NCBI GenBank assembly: GCA_037379345.1
Contig: CM074517.1
Span: forward strand, 18,352,001-18,416,000
DNA length: 64,000 bases
Source of the DNA: Perna viridis
Taxonomy: Eukaryota
Reading direction: 5' to 3'
The translations under genes and the position numbers were made by a program. How positions within the stretch are numbered: the first letter of the stretch is position 1; each line of letters begins with the position of its first letter. Of the stretch, positions 37,501-49,800 are shown piece by piece. Under the pieces are notes generated by a model, which saw only the letters and a list, made by a program, of their open reading frames with translations, was not told the origin of the DNA and made no database searches.

Positions 37501-38305
37501 AAAGAGTAATCAAGGGAACCAAGATTCTAGCCGAAATCAAAAGAATGCAATCCAGGGACACAGACCAGACCTGGGAAACGGACTATCACAACAAAAAACA
37601 TAGAGTAACTATAATAATGCATACACAAATAGTGTTACTTTTCTAGAAACACCCATCGAGTTGCTCATCGAATGTCAAGTCCTGTGTAGACGAAAGAGGA
37701 AACGAAAATTATGATACGACGAACAAATCGGTTCTTACGGGGCAGATGGATACACCGTAAGGATCAGAGAGTTCATGATGACGAACATAAAATGTTTGTA
37801 GTGCTGTAGCAATATAAACCTATTCCAGAAGCCTAATTGTAAGAAGTGGAGCACGGTACAAAAATATAACGAGAATAGGTATGGTGTATATGTCAAAGAG
37901 ACAACAACCCCACTAGGATGGAAATGTCAGCCCAAGGCCATCCATTGGTCATCATTAAACGACAAAGATACCCTCATACCACAGGACAGACTGAAGCTGG
38001 CGACAAAACATCATTATACATAGGTACAGCGAAATAGTTGCCCCTATATACTCAAGTAAAAAAATCTAAAGGTAAAAACAAAACACGACACATAAAAGTC
38101 GGCGTAGTTATAGCAAGCTCTGACATAACGTATGATATGAAAATTCCTTACGCAGGTGCTGATGGGAAAGTTGACAATATGAAATGACAAGTCATTGCGT
38201 TTGTCGTTTGGTTTTGTCATGAATTTTCCTTCACCATCGATAAATGAGTGTAGGGCAAGATATGAGGATATGGGGCTGACTTCATAGTGTCTGTAGTGTC
38301 TTCTC
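37501..38305 (-). mobile_element. Degenerate copy of the Penelope-like family, interrupted by another repeat at about 37864-38092
   Basis: Same 3' terminus (AAAGAGTAATCAAGGGAACCAAG on +) and RT remnants (EDTTDTMKSAPY). The insert shares GAATAGGT...GTGTATATGTCAAAGAGACAACAACCC...GTCAGCCCAAG with the repeat at 61084-61272 (opposite strand). Confidence 0.75.
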
Positions 38306-38834
38306 TAAAGTACTTCCGTGAAGTTACGATGTAATGAAAATACTGTAGACACTTAGACTCGAAAGCTTTAGTTGCATATGAGTTTAATTCTAATTTAAAG
38401 CATGTACTCAAACTGGAGAGAATGCCGTCTTCTTGCATCTAGCCATTTCTATTTCTGAAAAAGTAAGTCGTTACAAACATAATATGTCTATATATTTGAA
38501 AGAAACCTTGAACATTGTACAAACTAACTGAAAACGCATTGAATTATGTTACCTGCTGCACCAAAAGCACGCATTCAAAGGTAAAACGTGTTAAATTTGT
38601 GTTATTTCCAAGATTTAAGAAATCCTTTCAAACATTCACGGACGTCATTATGACCTCCATCATCATCATTGTATCTACCCCCTTTCTGCTTGTCTTTCTT
38701 GTCATGGTCTTTTTTTTATACATGAGCGTTTCGAGAGCAATAAGAATTTGCTCTAAGTGTAATCAAGTGAGTCAGGATTTGAGCAATAATCAAAAGAATG
38801 TATTTCAAGGATAAAACCTGGACAGGGGAAATAT

Positions 38835-38932
38835 ATACACAGCAAATAACATGAAATAACCAAACCAACGGGCACAAAGAAACAAAAGTAAATGAGCAAC
38901 CCAGACTCCACTAAACCTGGGAGCATGGACAC
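38835..38932 (-). mobile_element. Short 3'UTR fragment of the Penelope-like family
   Basis: AAAAGTAAATGAGCAACCCAGACTCCACTAAACCTGGGAGCATGGAC matches 21239-21286. Confidence 0.65.
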
Positions 38933-39451
38933 GGTTCATGTCCTTCGTCCTTTGTCTCTTTAGTATATGTACTCAGTTTGAAACGTTCTGAACAAACTTT
39001 AGTAACATTTGACATTATTATCATAGAAATAATAACATCATATAATTTCTATTAAATTTTGTAAATGCTTATATTTCATTACTCTAATATATTATTGAAG
39101 TCATCAATATTTCTATTTAGTTTCAGTTTTTGTGCTATAGAGATTTTCATTTGTGATTTCACGTGACACTGGTCACAATGCTCTTTAACTCGTGTTGGTA
39201 ACCGTAATGAGGAATTAGATATGTATTGGTCTAATCAAAGCATTCGACAATATCATATTCTGTCATTATCTGTCGAAGTCAAAGCTAAGCTTTTGAATCT
39301 GACGTTTAATTCTGTGGAAGAATACAACATAAGAACTGAAAACTCTTTTCCAAGAAAAAGAATTGACAAAAAAAACTTATCTTTAAAATTTCAAGATATC
39401 GGATTAGACTGATTTCTTTGAAATTTATATCTGTTCATCCTGTGCTATTAA

Positions 39452-39664
39452 GGAGGTAGACCTAAGGTAATGGACACAAGTCTTTATAATCATTGGAATG
39501 TTTGTATTCAGTCTCCTTATATCAATCTCATCTAAGCATCAAAGTAACTCGGATTGATTTCATTCTGTTTCAAGTGGAAACTTGAAAGTCTCAAGTGAAA
39601 TTGAATATGATACGAACATATCACTGATTTCAAGAGTTATGCCCTTTACCCTAGGTCTACCTCC
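39452..39664. mobile_element. Kolobok-like MITE
   Basis: TIRs GGAGGTAGACCTAAGGTAA and TTACCCTAGGTCTACCTCC, flanked by TTAA (39448-39451) and TGAA (degenerate TTAA TSD). Confidence 0.65.
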
Positions 39665-39937
39665 TGAAGTCTGGTTTAGTCTTTAACGAAGTGTCAGAAA
39701 TTCAGACTGATGATATACATCAAAATATTATTTTCTTACTTTAAAAAAAGTATGGACAGAAGTGACCTGTCATAGGACGACATCATATTTATGGATATAT
39801 CACCGGTCATAACTTGGTGAACGTTCTAAGACCTAGCAGACTTGGGATCCCTTTTCTGCAGACAAGCAGAAATAGCTGTCCCAAACGTTAAGCTTTCGTA
39901 TTTGCACCACCTGTTTTACATGGCAGATCACTTCCTT

Positions 39938-42900
39938 TCAGACTGAAATCAGACCCTAAATGAATCTAAATTAATAGGTAAATTTGTACAGATAAACGTG
40001 AAGAGCCATGATGATGATTTGTTTGTGTTATCAAAATAAGTTCTTTGCAACAACTCACTTCACAAATATATTGGTGTTTTCCAGAGCAAGGTGTATCGTC
40101 CCATTTGTCAACTCCAGATGCGTTCCAGAACTCACCACAACGATCATCCCTAGGTTCGTGCGGATGCCAGTCAGTGAATTCGGCGACAGAATTGTCCGAT
40201 TCCCATCTCCACTCACCCGTCTTTGAAAGAAAGAGCCCGAACCAAACCAGTCCTGCATCTCTATCTGTTTATTTGATGTAAAAAGAAAAATTGGTAATTG
40301 TTACAGAAGAAATATGTTAAATAGAGAGTTATTGCTGTGCTTTTAACATGTTTGTACTCTTCATTTAACTGTGAAATGCAAGTACTTTATTGAAATTTCA
40401 TTTTGTAAATCATAAAATCATAATTATAATTGTAGACACAAAATATGGAACTCAGTGAATGCAACTAGAAAGGTTGAGGATTCTAGAAAAGTAACTCTTT
40501 GCTCATTGTTAAAAATGTAAATATTTTAGTGTTCTACTAGTTAACTGTATACACAAGCATTAAAACGGGGCTATAGCTGTATACATAGGGAAATGCACTA
40601 GTTCATAACATCATTCATCAAATAAAATAATTACACCCAAACATATATATATAATATTGATTTGTTGTGACATGCATCATTTATTTGATCCTCTATTCTA
40701 CATAATAACATCTAAATTAACTGTCCCGTACTACCATACATCGTGTACTAAGTTATAGCCCTAGATTAATCCTACGAGGAGGAATGACCCAGCCAGCGAA
40801 AGCTATATTTTTATATAGCCTAGCTGGCCGAGTGGTCTCGGGCGCTGGACATAGTGCAGGCGGTGTTGCCATAGATGTCACAACGGTACGAGTTCGAGGG
40901 ACGACCAAAAATTTGCTTCGCAAAATTGACAGTTCTAATATCGTTGGGAATTTTTCAGACCCTTCGATAAGTTTACGTTATCTTCCCTGTATCAATTTGA
41001 TCCGATGGAGCAGTGTAGCGAATAGAGTCATCACATTCTGAGACGTTGTATATATATATATATATATATATAAGAATAGTATTTTTATTATATAATATAC
41101 GTCTCTTATCGCTACACTGCTCCATCGAATTATGTTTTATCATAATGCATTGAATGAAAACTGAATGAAACCCGTATTGCTGAGACATCTATGACTATAT
41201 CGCTTACACTTATTCTAGCGTCCTATGGATCACTCACCCGGTCAGGGTGAGCTTAATTTTCGTGTAGCAGTGTAGTTTCGGACACTGAACTTAGTACGAT
41301 GTTACCATAAATGTCACAAGAGTACGACTAGGGAACGGCCAAGTACTTGTTTTGCGAAGTTCAAATGCTGACCATATACATCATGTTGGCACAGACACTG
41401 ATAACTATCTTACCTTGAATTAACGCTTTAAGCCAATTGTTTTCTTTCTCATCTTTAATAGTTACTAAATTAGCTCCGTGTTTGGTGCATGCAATCTAGA
41501 AAAGTAGATAAAGTTGCGTTTTGTATCGGTGGTCTGATATTTATTTAATACTTCTCCCTGATATACAATACTACTACTAAACATAATACGCAAATGACTG
41601 CTAAAACAGACCGACCCTTTTGCTATTCAATGACATTTTCAGTACATATTTTTTTTGTATGTTATATACTGCTAAATAGCATTTTCATTGCGAACAGTGA
41701 ATTATTGCATTTATATAAATCAGATTGTTACATGACTATTTTTCACTCTAACATTTAAAACTTAAGAAGTCGAGATCTTTTGAGTTTTTTCACATCTTCA
41801 CAATATGTACTTTAATAATGCACGGTCAGAGAAAATTCCTGATGGTATAGTAAGATTGAAGAAAATAGAAAAAAAATGCCACTAATTTATTGTAATCGTA
41901 AATTTGGAAAATGATTCCGATGGTTGTACTCAAACAGCGGTTTATGCTTATCTTTCTCCCTCGATGTAAAATTTATGTTACCGTTACATTTACAGTTTCA
42001 ACAGGCGAGTTAAGTATCAATCTTGATATTACTGAAAAATCCTTTAAATGTAGAACGATCACCTTCTTCACTATAAGTGCATTAAATCAGAATTACACCG
42101 TTAATGTATGTACATGAATTCACTAAATAACTTAAATCATGTAAAACATTGACAAAGGAGTACTCCAATTGCTCTAAAGGTCTTATTCACCTGTTTCAAA
42201 AAATAAATATATATAAAATTACAAAAATTAAAACTTACCTGCGCATTATGCCAATTTCTTTTTTCAACTGACAAGAAGTAACAATGTCCTTCATATTGAT
42301 TCCATCCTTCGTCACATTTTTTAATTAAATGACCTAATATATGTAAGAAAATCGACATTTTGATATTTTATATTTTATCCTACCGGTGCACCTGGTCCTG
42401 CACCAAGTTTTAGTTGGTGTGTTCGTTTACCTTTGTTTTATGTGCGCATTAATTTGGTTACTAGTATTTCCTGTTCTTTGTTGTGTTTTCTATTTTCTTG
42501 GTCTAGTTATTCCGGAATTACCGCTCGAATCTTGATTAAACAATATATCCTCCAAATTTCAACTTTCAATTTTAAATTTTACAAAATTTGACCTGGTCAA
42601 CTTAGTGTGCGAAACAGTGCGCCTAAATGTAACTGTATAATTCTTTTGATTACCGCTATAACCTTGGTTCCCTTGATTACTCTTTCAGCGTATTTAATGT
42701 TGAACTTCGCGAAAATTTAATTTTAAAATAGTACATACTTTCTAATAACTGCACACCCTGTTTGATAATGGAAATTTCGTTTGTAAGTTCCACCAGTACT
42801 TTGTTGATTTCAGAGAACTCATTCGGACATGTACATGTATCGTCTTGTAAAAAAATGTTTAAATTACTAGTTATTAAATTGGTTTATTATTTCATATTTC

Positions 42901-44290
42901 GTACATATTATTCACTTTAAACATTTGAATGAAAAAAAGATGAATTTGCAGAAGAGCTTTGTACAGCCAAAGCAGAATTTGAAAAGTTATAATTTTTATA
43001 CTCCGCCGTACACATTGGCGTGGTATTATGTGATGCTCTCTGAAAATTTGCTTCTCCGTCCCCGACGGTTTCTTAATGATAACTTGAGAACGGATCACAA
43101 TAACTTTGCACAGTTGTTAAATATAAAATAAATAAAGATTTTAAAAGTTCAATTTTCAGCGAAATCCAAAACGCATCTTTTGAGTCGAGTTTTTTTTAAT
43201 TAACTCATTTATCAAATTGAGGAATTAAGCCTAATCTTCGATGAAGAAAACTTTCCCTTTTAATATAAAGCGCTTGTAACTTTATATTCACTTCTGGCTA
43301 TACCGCTATTATGCAATGCTTCTATAATTATTTAGGTATTCCACGTAATATAAGTTTAATGTAAATAAAATAACTGGAAATGTTTTAGTTTGCTCTTTTT
43401 AAAATCTTGATGACATTGTATGCTACAATCTATGGAACACTAATAGACATTATCACTATTGTACAAACATTCGCAAAAAATACCGAAGCACCAAAATAGG
43501 ACAATTCTAGACATAAAAACCCGTACATGGCCTGAACGTTAAAACTAGAAAAAGAGAATTTCTTCATAATGAAGCCAACAGAATAATATAGGATTATAAA
43601 ATGAAGATAAAGATAACAAGACATCACACAAATACACAAAAACATTGGCAATATGAACTTCCACAAATAAACGAGAGTTACATCAGATGCTCCGACGGAA
43701 AAGCATGTCCTGCTCCGCTAATTGCAACCGTTTAATTGCATGTGATGTAGATCCGGTAAGAGCCTAAAATACATCTCGACAACAATCGCCATAAAACTTT
43801 AAAATGCAGACATAAGATGCAAGATTTATATGTTTGTTCGATTTGAAAATTGATTAAAATACACATTAAAATCTTCCCACCATTTTATTTTCTTTGTAGC
43901 TAGTACTTAGAAAATGATCGCTTTTAATGCCATTTCAAGATACCAATTGTGCTGGGTGTTTTTTTTTTTTTTTTCAGGAATATTAAAATCATTTTCTGAA
44001 AAAAAACAAGGTCCGCAAAAATTAATTTCTCTACCTGCTTGATTTCGACATTTCTAAAGTGTAGGGAAACGAGACAAACACGATCAAAAGAATTTATACA
44101 CACATCGTAAAAAAATAATTTGATGTGCTGCACATAAGGAATTCGACACACATGATCAGATAAATCATTGTTCATTGGTTAAAATACCTTCCTACATAAC
44201 TTCATAACATGACTTACATTTGGCATCAGCTACTGATATTAGCATTATCACGTTTAGAAGGAAAATTGCTTCTTTAAACAGCAACACCAT
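39938..44290 (-). CDS. Secreted C-type lectin (perlucin-like): signal peptide, short coiled-coil neck and single CTLD, about 192 aa
   Basis: Exons 44290-44218 (MVLLFKEAIFLLNVIMLISVADAK), 42843-42739, 42333-42239 (CDEGWNQYEGHCYF..NWHNAQ), 41495-41414 (IACTKHGANLVTIKDEKENNWL), 40264-40059 (VWFGL..EWRW..FTDWHPHEPRDDRC..WDDTPCSGKHQYICE) and 39955-39938 (GLISV*, least certain). All phase-consistent GT-AG. Confidence 0.88.
40816..40950 (+). mobile_element. tRNA-derived SINE fragment
   Basis: A-box TGGCCGAGTGG and B-box-like GAGTTCGAG, with no complete cloverleaf. A more degenerate related copy lies at about 41265-41390. Confidence 0.55.
41049..41072. repeat. (TA)n microsatellite
   Basis: Visible dinucleotide run. 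Confidence 0.85.
42379..42686 (+). mobile_element. Sense-strand 3'UTR fragments of the Penelope-like family
   Basis: CCTACCGGTGCACCTGGTCC at 42379 and the terminal TTCTTTTGATTACCGCTATAACCTTGGTTCCCTTGATTACTCTTT at 42641-42685. Confidence 0.68.
43590..43742 (-). mobile_element. Divergent relative of the Penelope-like 3'UTR
   Basis: Minus strand GGAGCAGGACATGCTTTTCCGTCGGAGCATCTGATG...GTGGAAGTTCATATTGC is colinear with AAAGCAGAGGACGCTTACCCTACCGGTGCACCTGGTC...GTGGAGTCCGAGTTGC. Confidence 0.5.
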
Positions 44291-44938
44291 TTTGACTGAA
44301 TACTCGGATATCAATAGGATCAACGATATAACACGATATTTTATAGTAGCCGTACCTTATAAGTTATTGAAATTCATGTCTAGTTTATGTTTCATAAAGC
44401 AGTATCTGTACAACCTGTCACAACGCTTGATATGTTTTTTTTTTTTTTTTTGAATATTTCTTCGATTCTATTCATTTGTTATATGTAATACTCATTTGAT
44501 ATGCGAAACCTGCTATAATACATGATATAATATGATATGATATTTGTAATTATACCCATAATAACCAATTGCAATTTAAACTCAAGAGCCCACGCCTGTG
44601 TTTCACGAATTAGACATTGTCTTCCCTTAATTTCCTGAACACCATAATCTTGACTGTTTTAATCGTACAATTCGACATTTTATACGACAAACCTGTTACG
44701 AAAAAAAACTATTTGATATGTATCATAACACCCTTTTTTCGGTACCTCAGTTTGTCTAATTAAAATGACGATACGGTTTAAAATTTCTACAATATACAAT
44801 ATCATAAATATATTTTGATCGAAAGAAATCTATTAGCAAATACTATAGATAAGTGCTGCATGGATTATCATAACGTGAATGTTGTCCTTAGAAATCAACT
44901 GACGATTAATATCTTGACTTGTGTACATCATGTACATT

Positions 44939-45173
44939 AAAGAGTAATCAAGGGAACCAAGATTATAGCGGTAATCAAAAGAATGTAATCCAGGGACAAA
45001 GACCAGACATGGAAAACAGACATACACAACAAAGAACATAAATAAACCAAAATCATACATACAAAGTAAGAAAAGTAAATGAGCAACTCGGATTCCACTA
45101 AAAACTGGGAGCATGGACAAGGTGCACCGGTAGGGTAAGCGTCCTCTGCTTTTCTAGAAACACCCGCCGAGTT
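44939..45173 (-). mobile_element. 3'-terminal fragment of the Penelope-like family
   Basis: Near-identical to 21107-21341. Confidence 0.85.
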
Positions 45174-45692
45174 AAAGCTATATCTATTCAATATTTTATA
45201 TTCAGACTTAAACGTATTGCAATGTAAGGAGGGGAGGGATTGACATTCAGGAGTAATAGCGTATACACTAGACTGAGGGTTTAAAATTTAAATTAAAAAA
45301 ATTGATTCCAAAAATATTTTCTTCATATCTAAATACCCAGTCTATGGTACCCTCGTAACGTGTATCAGAAAAATGATAATGAACTTTACATGCATTTGTG
45401 TCTCCTAGTGAACTCCAACAAACTAACAAACAATTGATTTTAAGACTCGAGATGTATCTCAATAAAAGAAATTGTGTGACTGTGTGAAAAGCATACTTGA
45501 ATTAAAAAGTTTCGTCCTTTACTTGATGATAACTGTCACCACTTTGAAAGTTATTCAGATGCATGGACGGACACAGAAGTTTCAAGAAAATGGAAACCCA
45601 GACATTTAGGGTGCTCTTAGACTATAGTTTTTCATTTTTTCCACATTTTGCAAAGTATATAATAATACTTTCTATCAAAAGTGAGGATTGGT

Positions 45693-45767
45693 GGATGGAA
45701 CACCACTGAGGTGCATAACCGTAAATGAGGGTTGATGGATGGAACACCACTGAGGTGCATAACCGTT
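45693..45767. repeat. Short tandem duplication
   Basis: TGGATGGAACACCACTGAGGTGCATAACCGT occurs twice. Confidence 0.75.
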
Positions 45768-45940
45768 AATATATCTTGTTGATGTGAGCGTTATTATGTA
45801 ACTGGAGTTAACAACTTTCAAGCATCAATAAATCACCATGATATAGAAACTGTATAATTCACAACACAATGAGAAGTGTATAACTGATGATGTTGTCAAT
45901 GGTCTTAAAATGACCATTTAACCTTGACTATAATTATATC

Positions 45941-46190
45941 GTGTGTTGGTGGCTTAATAACCACAGGGTAGTGATATGCGTCTAATGCAGTAGTGATCGA
46001 ACGTCTCTAGATCGCTACTGACGCTGGCTAGTCTACGTGTAGACGAAAAGGGGAGCAGCGTAAGCAGAAGCCTTCCTCTGCCAGTACATAGCCTCTACAC
46101 TACCAAGACTCCTTCAATTTGCCTCCCCGAGGTAACACACGGTAACTTGGGTCTAGTACTCAAGGCTAACATGAAGGGGATCTTGGAGTA
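45941..46190 (+). ncRNA. HDV-like self-cleaving ribozyme at the RTE 5' end
   Basis: P1 GTGTGTT (45941-45947) / AACACAC (46134-46140). P3 GCC/GGT with L3 TCCCCGA (46121-46133). P1.1 GG (46141-46142). P4 CTTGGGT/ACTCAAG (46146-46164). J4/2 GCTAA with candidate catalytic C46166. P2 CCAAGACTCCTTCA (46103-46116) / TGAAGGGGATCTTGG (46172-46186). Confidence 0.82.
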
Positions 46191-46553
46191 ACAAGGACCC
46201 TAGAGGTGTAGAGTGCAGGCCCACCGGCGCATGGAACACGCCCTGGCTCTCACCAACCTTGCCCCAGCTATGGGTTAAATAGATCGCTGCCTTGTGATGG
46301 ACTGTTGAGTCAAAGGCTACGGGAGACAACCCAGACAGAAAACGATGGTCAGACTGGGATCAAACCTTTGAAAGGGAACCTGTCTAGGAGAGGAAACTCT
46401 GATGTAAAACCCGGCTAGAAAAGAGTCGTCACCCATTGTAGGGAACCTATCTAGGAGAGCTGACTCTGATACAAAAGCATGTGAGGGACTTGCTGACCAC
46501 CACATTAAAATAAAGCTGAAGCTAGAGGGCCAACCCCCCACTAGTGGATACAA

Positions 46554-49500
46554 ATGGTTACAGAAACGATTACAGTAAAAGTCATTCCTCGGACTCGTCA
46601 ACGACTAGAGAAAGAGGACCAAACCAAACATCGAGGACAGCAAATGACGCGAAAGCTGATGAAATTGTTCTCACCAAAACAACAAACAACCATAGGCACT
46701 TGGAATGTTAGAACAATGTATCAAAGTGGCAAAAGCTTGCAAATTGCGAACGAAATGGATAGATACAATATCGAAATTCTAGGACTCAGCGAAGTAAGAT
46801 GGAATACAGCTGGAATGGCAACACTATCTTCAGGTCATACGGTCATATTCTCAGGAAATCCAAATGAAGACGACATACATGACAAAGGCGTGGGATTCAT
46901 GCTTACAAAGAAAGCCAAGAAATCGTTTGGAGTGGAATCCAATATCTGCAAGAGTGATATCAGCTAGATTTGACACTCGATTCCAGAAAACAACATTTAT
47001 ACAGGTGTATGCACCAACAAACACCGCAGACGAAGATGATAAAAATGACTTCTACAACTTATTACAATCAGTTGTTGATGCCGTTCCTAAAAGAGACATC
47101 CTTATCATCTTAGGAGATCTGAATGCCAAAGTAGGTGATGACAGAGGAGGTAGAGAAAGGGAGATAGGACCACATGGAATAGGGCAAATGAATGAGAACG
47201 GAGAGATGTTTGCTGACTTTTGCGCTATAAACAGTCTAGTAATTGGCGGTACTTGGTTTCCACATAAATCTTGTCATAAAACCACCTGGATTTCACCATC
47301 TGGAGACACTGAAAACAAAATAGACCACATAACAATAAGCCGTCAATGGAGATCATTACAAGATGTACGAACAAAACGTGGAGCAGACGCAGCATCAGAT
47401 CACCACCTTGTAATTGGAAAAATTAAACTCAAGCTTTTAACAACAAAGAAAAGAGAGACTACAAAAAGGAAGTTTAATGTTGAGAAGTTTAAAGATCAGA
47501 AAGTGAACGAAAACTTCCAAATTACACTCAGGAACAGATTTAGTACTTTACTAGATCTTGACAACGAAGAAATGAACAATGATATTGATGACATCTGGAA
47601 CTCAAGAAAGACAGCCATTCTGGAAGCATGCGAAGAAACAGTTGGTTTCATTCAAGTGAAAAGAAAGAAATGGATGTCAGATCAAACATGGGATACAATA
47701 TCTGAAAGAAGGGAAATAAAAGAAAAGTTGATGAGTGCCAAAACCAGACAGCAAAAGAAAAACCTGCAAGACCTTTACAGCGCAAAAGACAGAGAAGTGA
47801 AGAAAAGCTGTAAAAGAGATAAAAGAAACCATGCTGAAAAGTTAGCAGTAGAAGCTGAAAAAGCCTGCTTAAAAGGAGACATCAAAACATTGTATAACAT
47901 CACAAGACAACTCAGTGGAAACATCTCTCAAAATGAAAATTTACCAGTCAAAGATAAAAACAACAATACCCTCACAAAGCTAGAAGATCAGCTTGACAGA
48001 TGGAAAGAACACTTTAGTGAGGTATTGAACAGACCACCACCAACAAATCCACCAATACTTGAAGAAGGTCCAACACTTAACATAGAGACTGACAAAATTA
48101 CCGAAAATGAAGTAAGAAAAGCCCTAAAACATCTTAAGAATGGGAAAGCAGCGGGAATCGATGGCATACCACCAGAAGCCCTCAAGTCCATGAATGACAC
48201 TACCATTCAATATCTTCTTGGGCTATTAAACCAGATATGGGAAAAAGAAAAAATTCCAAAAGACTGGCAAAAGGGACTCTTGGTAAAACTACCTAAAAAG
48301 GGGGACAAATCCAATTGCAACAACTGGAGAGGAATAACTCTTTTGTCTATTCCTAGTAAAATCCTATGCAGTATAATCTTACAAAGAATGAAAGAAGAGA
48401 TTGATAGCAAGCTGAGAGATGAACAAGCTGGATTTAGACAAGAACGATCATGTGTCGACCAGATTGCAACACTCAGAATAATTATTGAGCAAACGATCGA
48501 ATGGCAGTCATCCCTATATCTAAACTTTATTGACTTCCAGAAAGCATTTGACAGCATAGATCATCAGGTCTTGTGGAACATTCTAGGACACTATGGGATT
48601 CCTCCAAAGATTATTTCCATGATTAAGTTACTGTATGAAGAATTCTCTTGTCAGGTCATACATGCTGGTACATTGACGGATCCTTTCCCTGTAACAACTG
48701 GCGTAAGGCAAGGATGCATTCTCTCTCCCCTTCTCTTTCTCATAGTCATCGACTGGATAGCAACAACAGCTTACAACGACCCTCATGGTATACAATGGAC
48801 ACTAACATCTCGTCTAGAAGACCTCGAATTTGCAGACGACATATGCACACTATCGCATCGTCTTCAAGATTCCCAACACCAGGTCAACCATCTCGAAGAA
48901 ACAGCTAAAAGAACAATATATCAACACAGCCAAAACCAAAGCCATGAGAATCCAACAAAACCAGATGGATCCAATATTGGTAAATAACCAACAGATAGAG
49001 AATGTAGATAAATTTACGTACCTTGGAAGTGCCATGAGTACAACTGGAGGCACTGACGAAGATGTACAAGCCAGAAAGATGAAAGCATTACAGGCTTTTT
49101 CCATTCTAAAACCAGTATGGAAAAGTAGAACACTGAGAACGACTACTAAGATCAAAATTTTCAACAGCAATGTTAAGTCTGTCCTGTTATATGGTTGCGA
49201 GACCTGGAGAGAAACAGAAAACACCATGAAATCTATACAAGTCTTTGTTAACAAGTGCCTAAGAAATATACTAAATATCAGATGGCCAGAAAAAATAACA
49301 AACAAGAAACTGTGGCAAAGAACAAAACAACAACCAATAGAAAACACCATTCGAGCCCGAAAATGGAAATGGATTGGTCATACTTTAAGGAAGAACAATA
49401 AAAACACTACAAAGCAAGCTTTAGATTGGAATCCCCAAGGGCAAAGAAAAAGAGGAAGACCAAAGAACACCTGGAGGAGGGGTTTGAACTCTGAACTGAA

Positions 49501-49595
49501 GAGAGTAGGACTAACGTGGAAGAATTGTCCAAAACCGAAGCGAATGGAGAGAAACTGTAGTCGCCCTATGTCCACCCATGGACGAAATGGAATAA
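46554..49595 (+). pseudogene. RTE endonuclease/reverse-transcriptase ORF broken by three frameshifts
   Basis: APE motifs IGTWNVRT, ILGLSEVRW, QVYAPT, GDLNAKVG, SDHHLV. RT motifs DFQKAFDSI, GVRQGCILSPLLF, EFADDI, FTYLGS. Frame changes near 46920, 48912 and 49522; the last restores VQNRSEWRETVVALCP..*. Confidence 0.9.
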
Positions 49596-49624
49596 ATCAA
49601 ATCAAATCAAATCATAATTATATC

Positions 49625-49800
49625 TTCATTCCATCCACCCGAAATATTAAGCATACAACAGACACAGTGAAGGTATTTTACAACTGATGAAACAGGAAGA
49701 AAACTTTCAATTAAACTCAATGACAAACACGACGACTATGATTTTTTTTCATTGTCAACTGTCATATTTTTTAATATTCTTTCTTTGCTTTCATATGGTA
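49625..49800 (+). mobile_element. Old Penelope-like RT remnant into which the RTE inserted
   Basis: Translates approximately IKHTTDTVK...KLSIKLNDKHDDYDF.IVN. The DDV-encoding part (ACTGATGATGTT, about 45883) lies on the other side of the RTE. Confidence 0.55.

Larger units (their letters stand above)
45941..49613 (+). mobile_element. Full-length RTE-clade non-LTR retrotransposon (frameshifted)
   Basis: 11-bp TSD ATAATTATATC (45930-45940, 49614-49624), about 600-nt 5'UTR, one APE+RT ORF and an (AAATC)n tail immediately after the ancestral stop at 49593-49595. Confidence 0.92.

Noticed and set aside
40816-40900. tRNA gene
   Set aside because: A/B-box-like motifs are present but there is no complete cloverleaf; it is a SINE head.
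47988-49575. Antisense ORFs over the RTE, and similar ones over large exons (10782-11069, 19613-19894)
   Set aside because: Shadow ORFs on the strand opposite real coding sequence.
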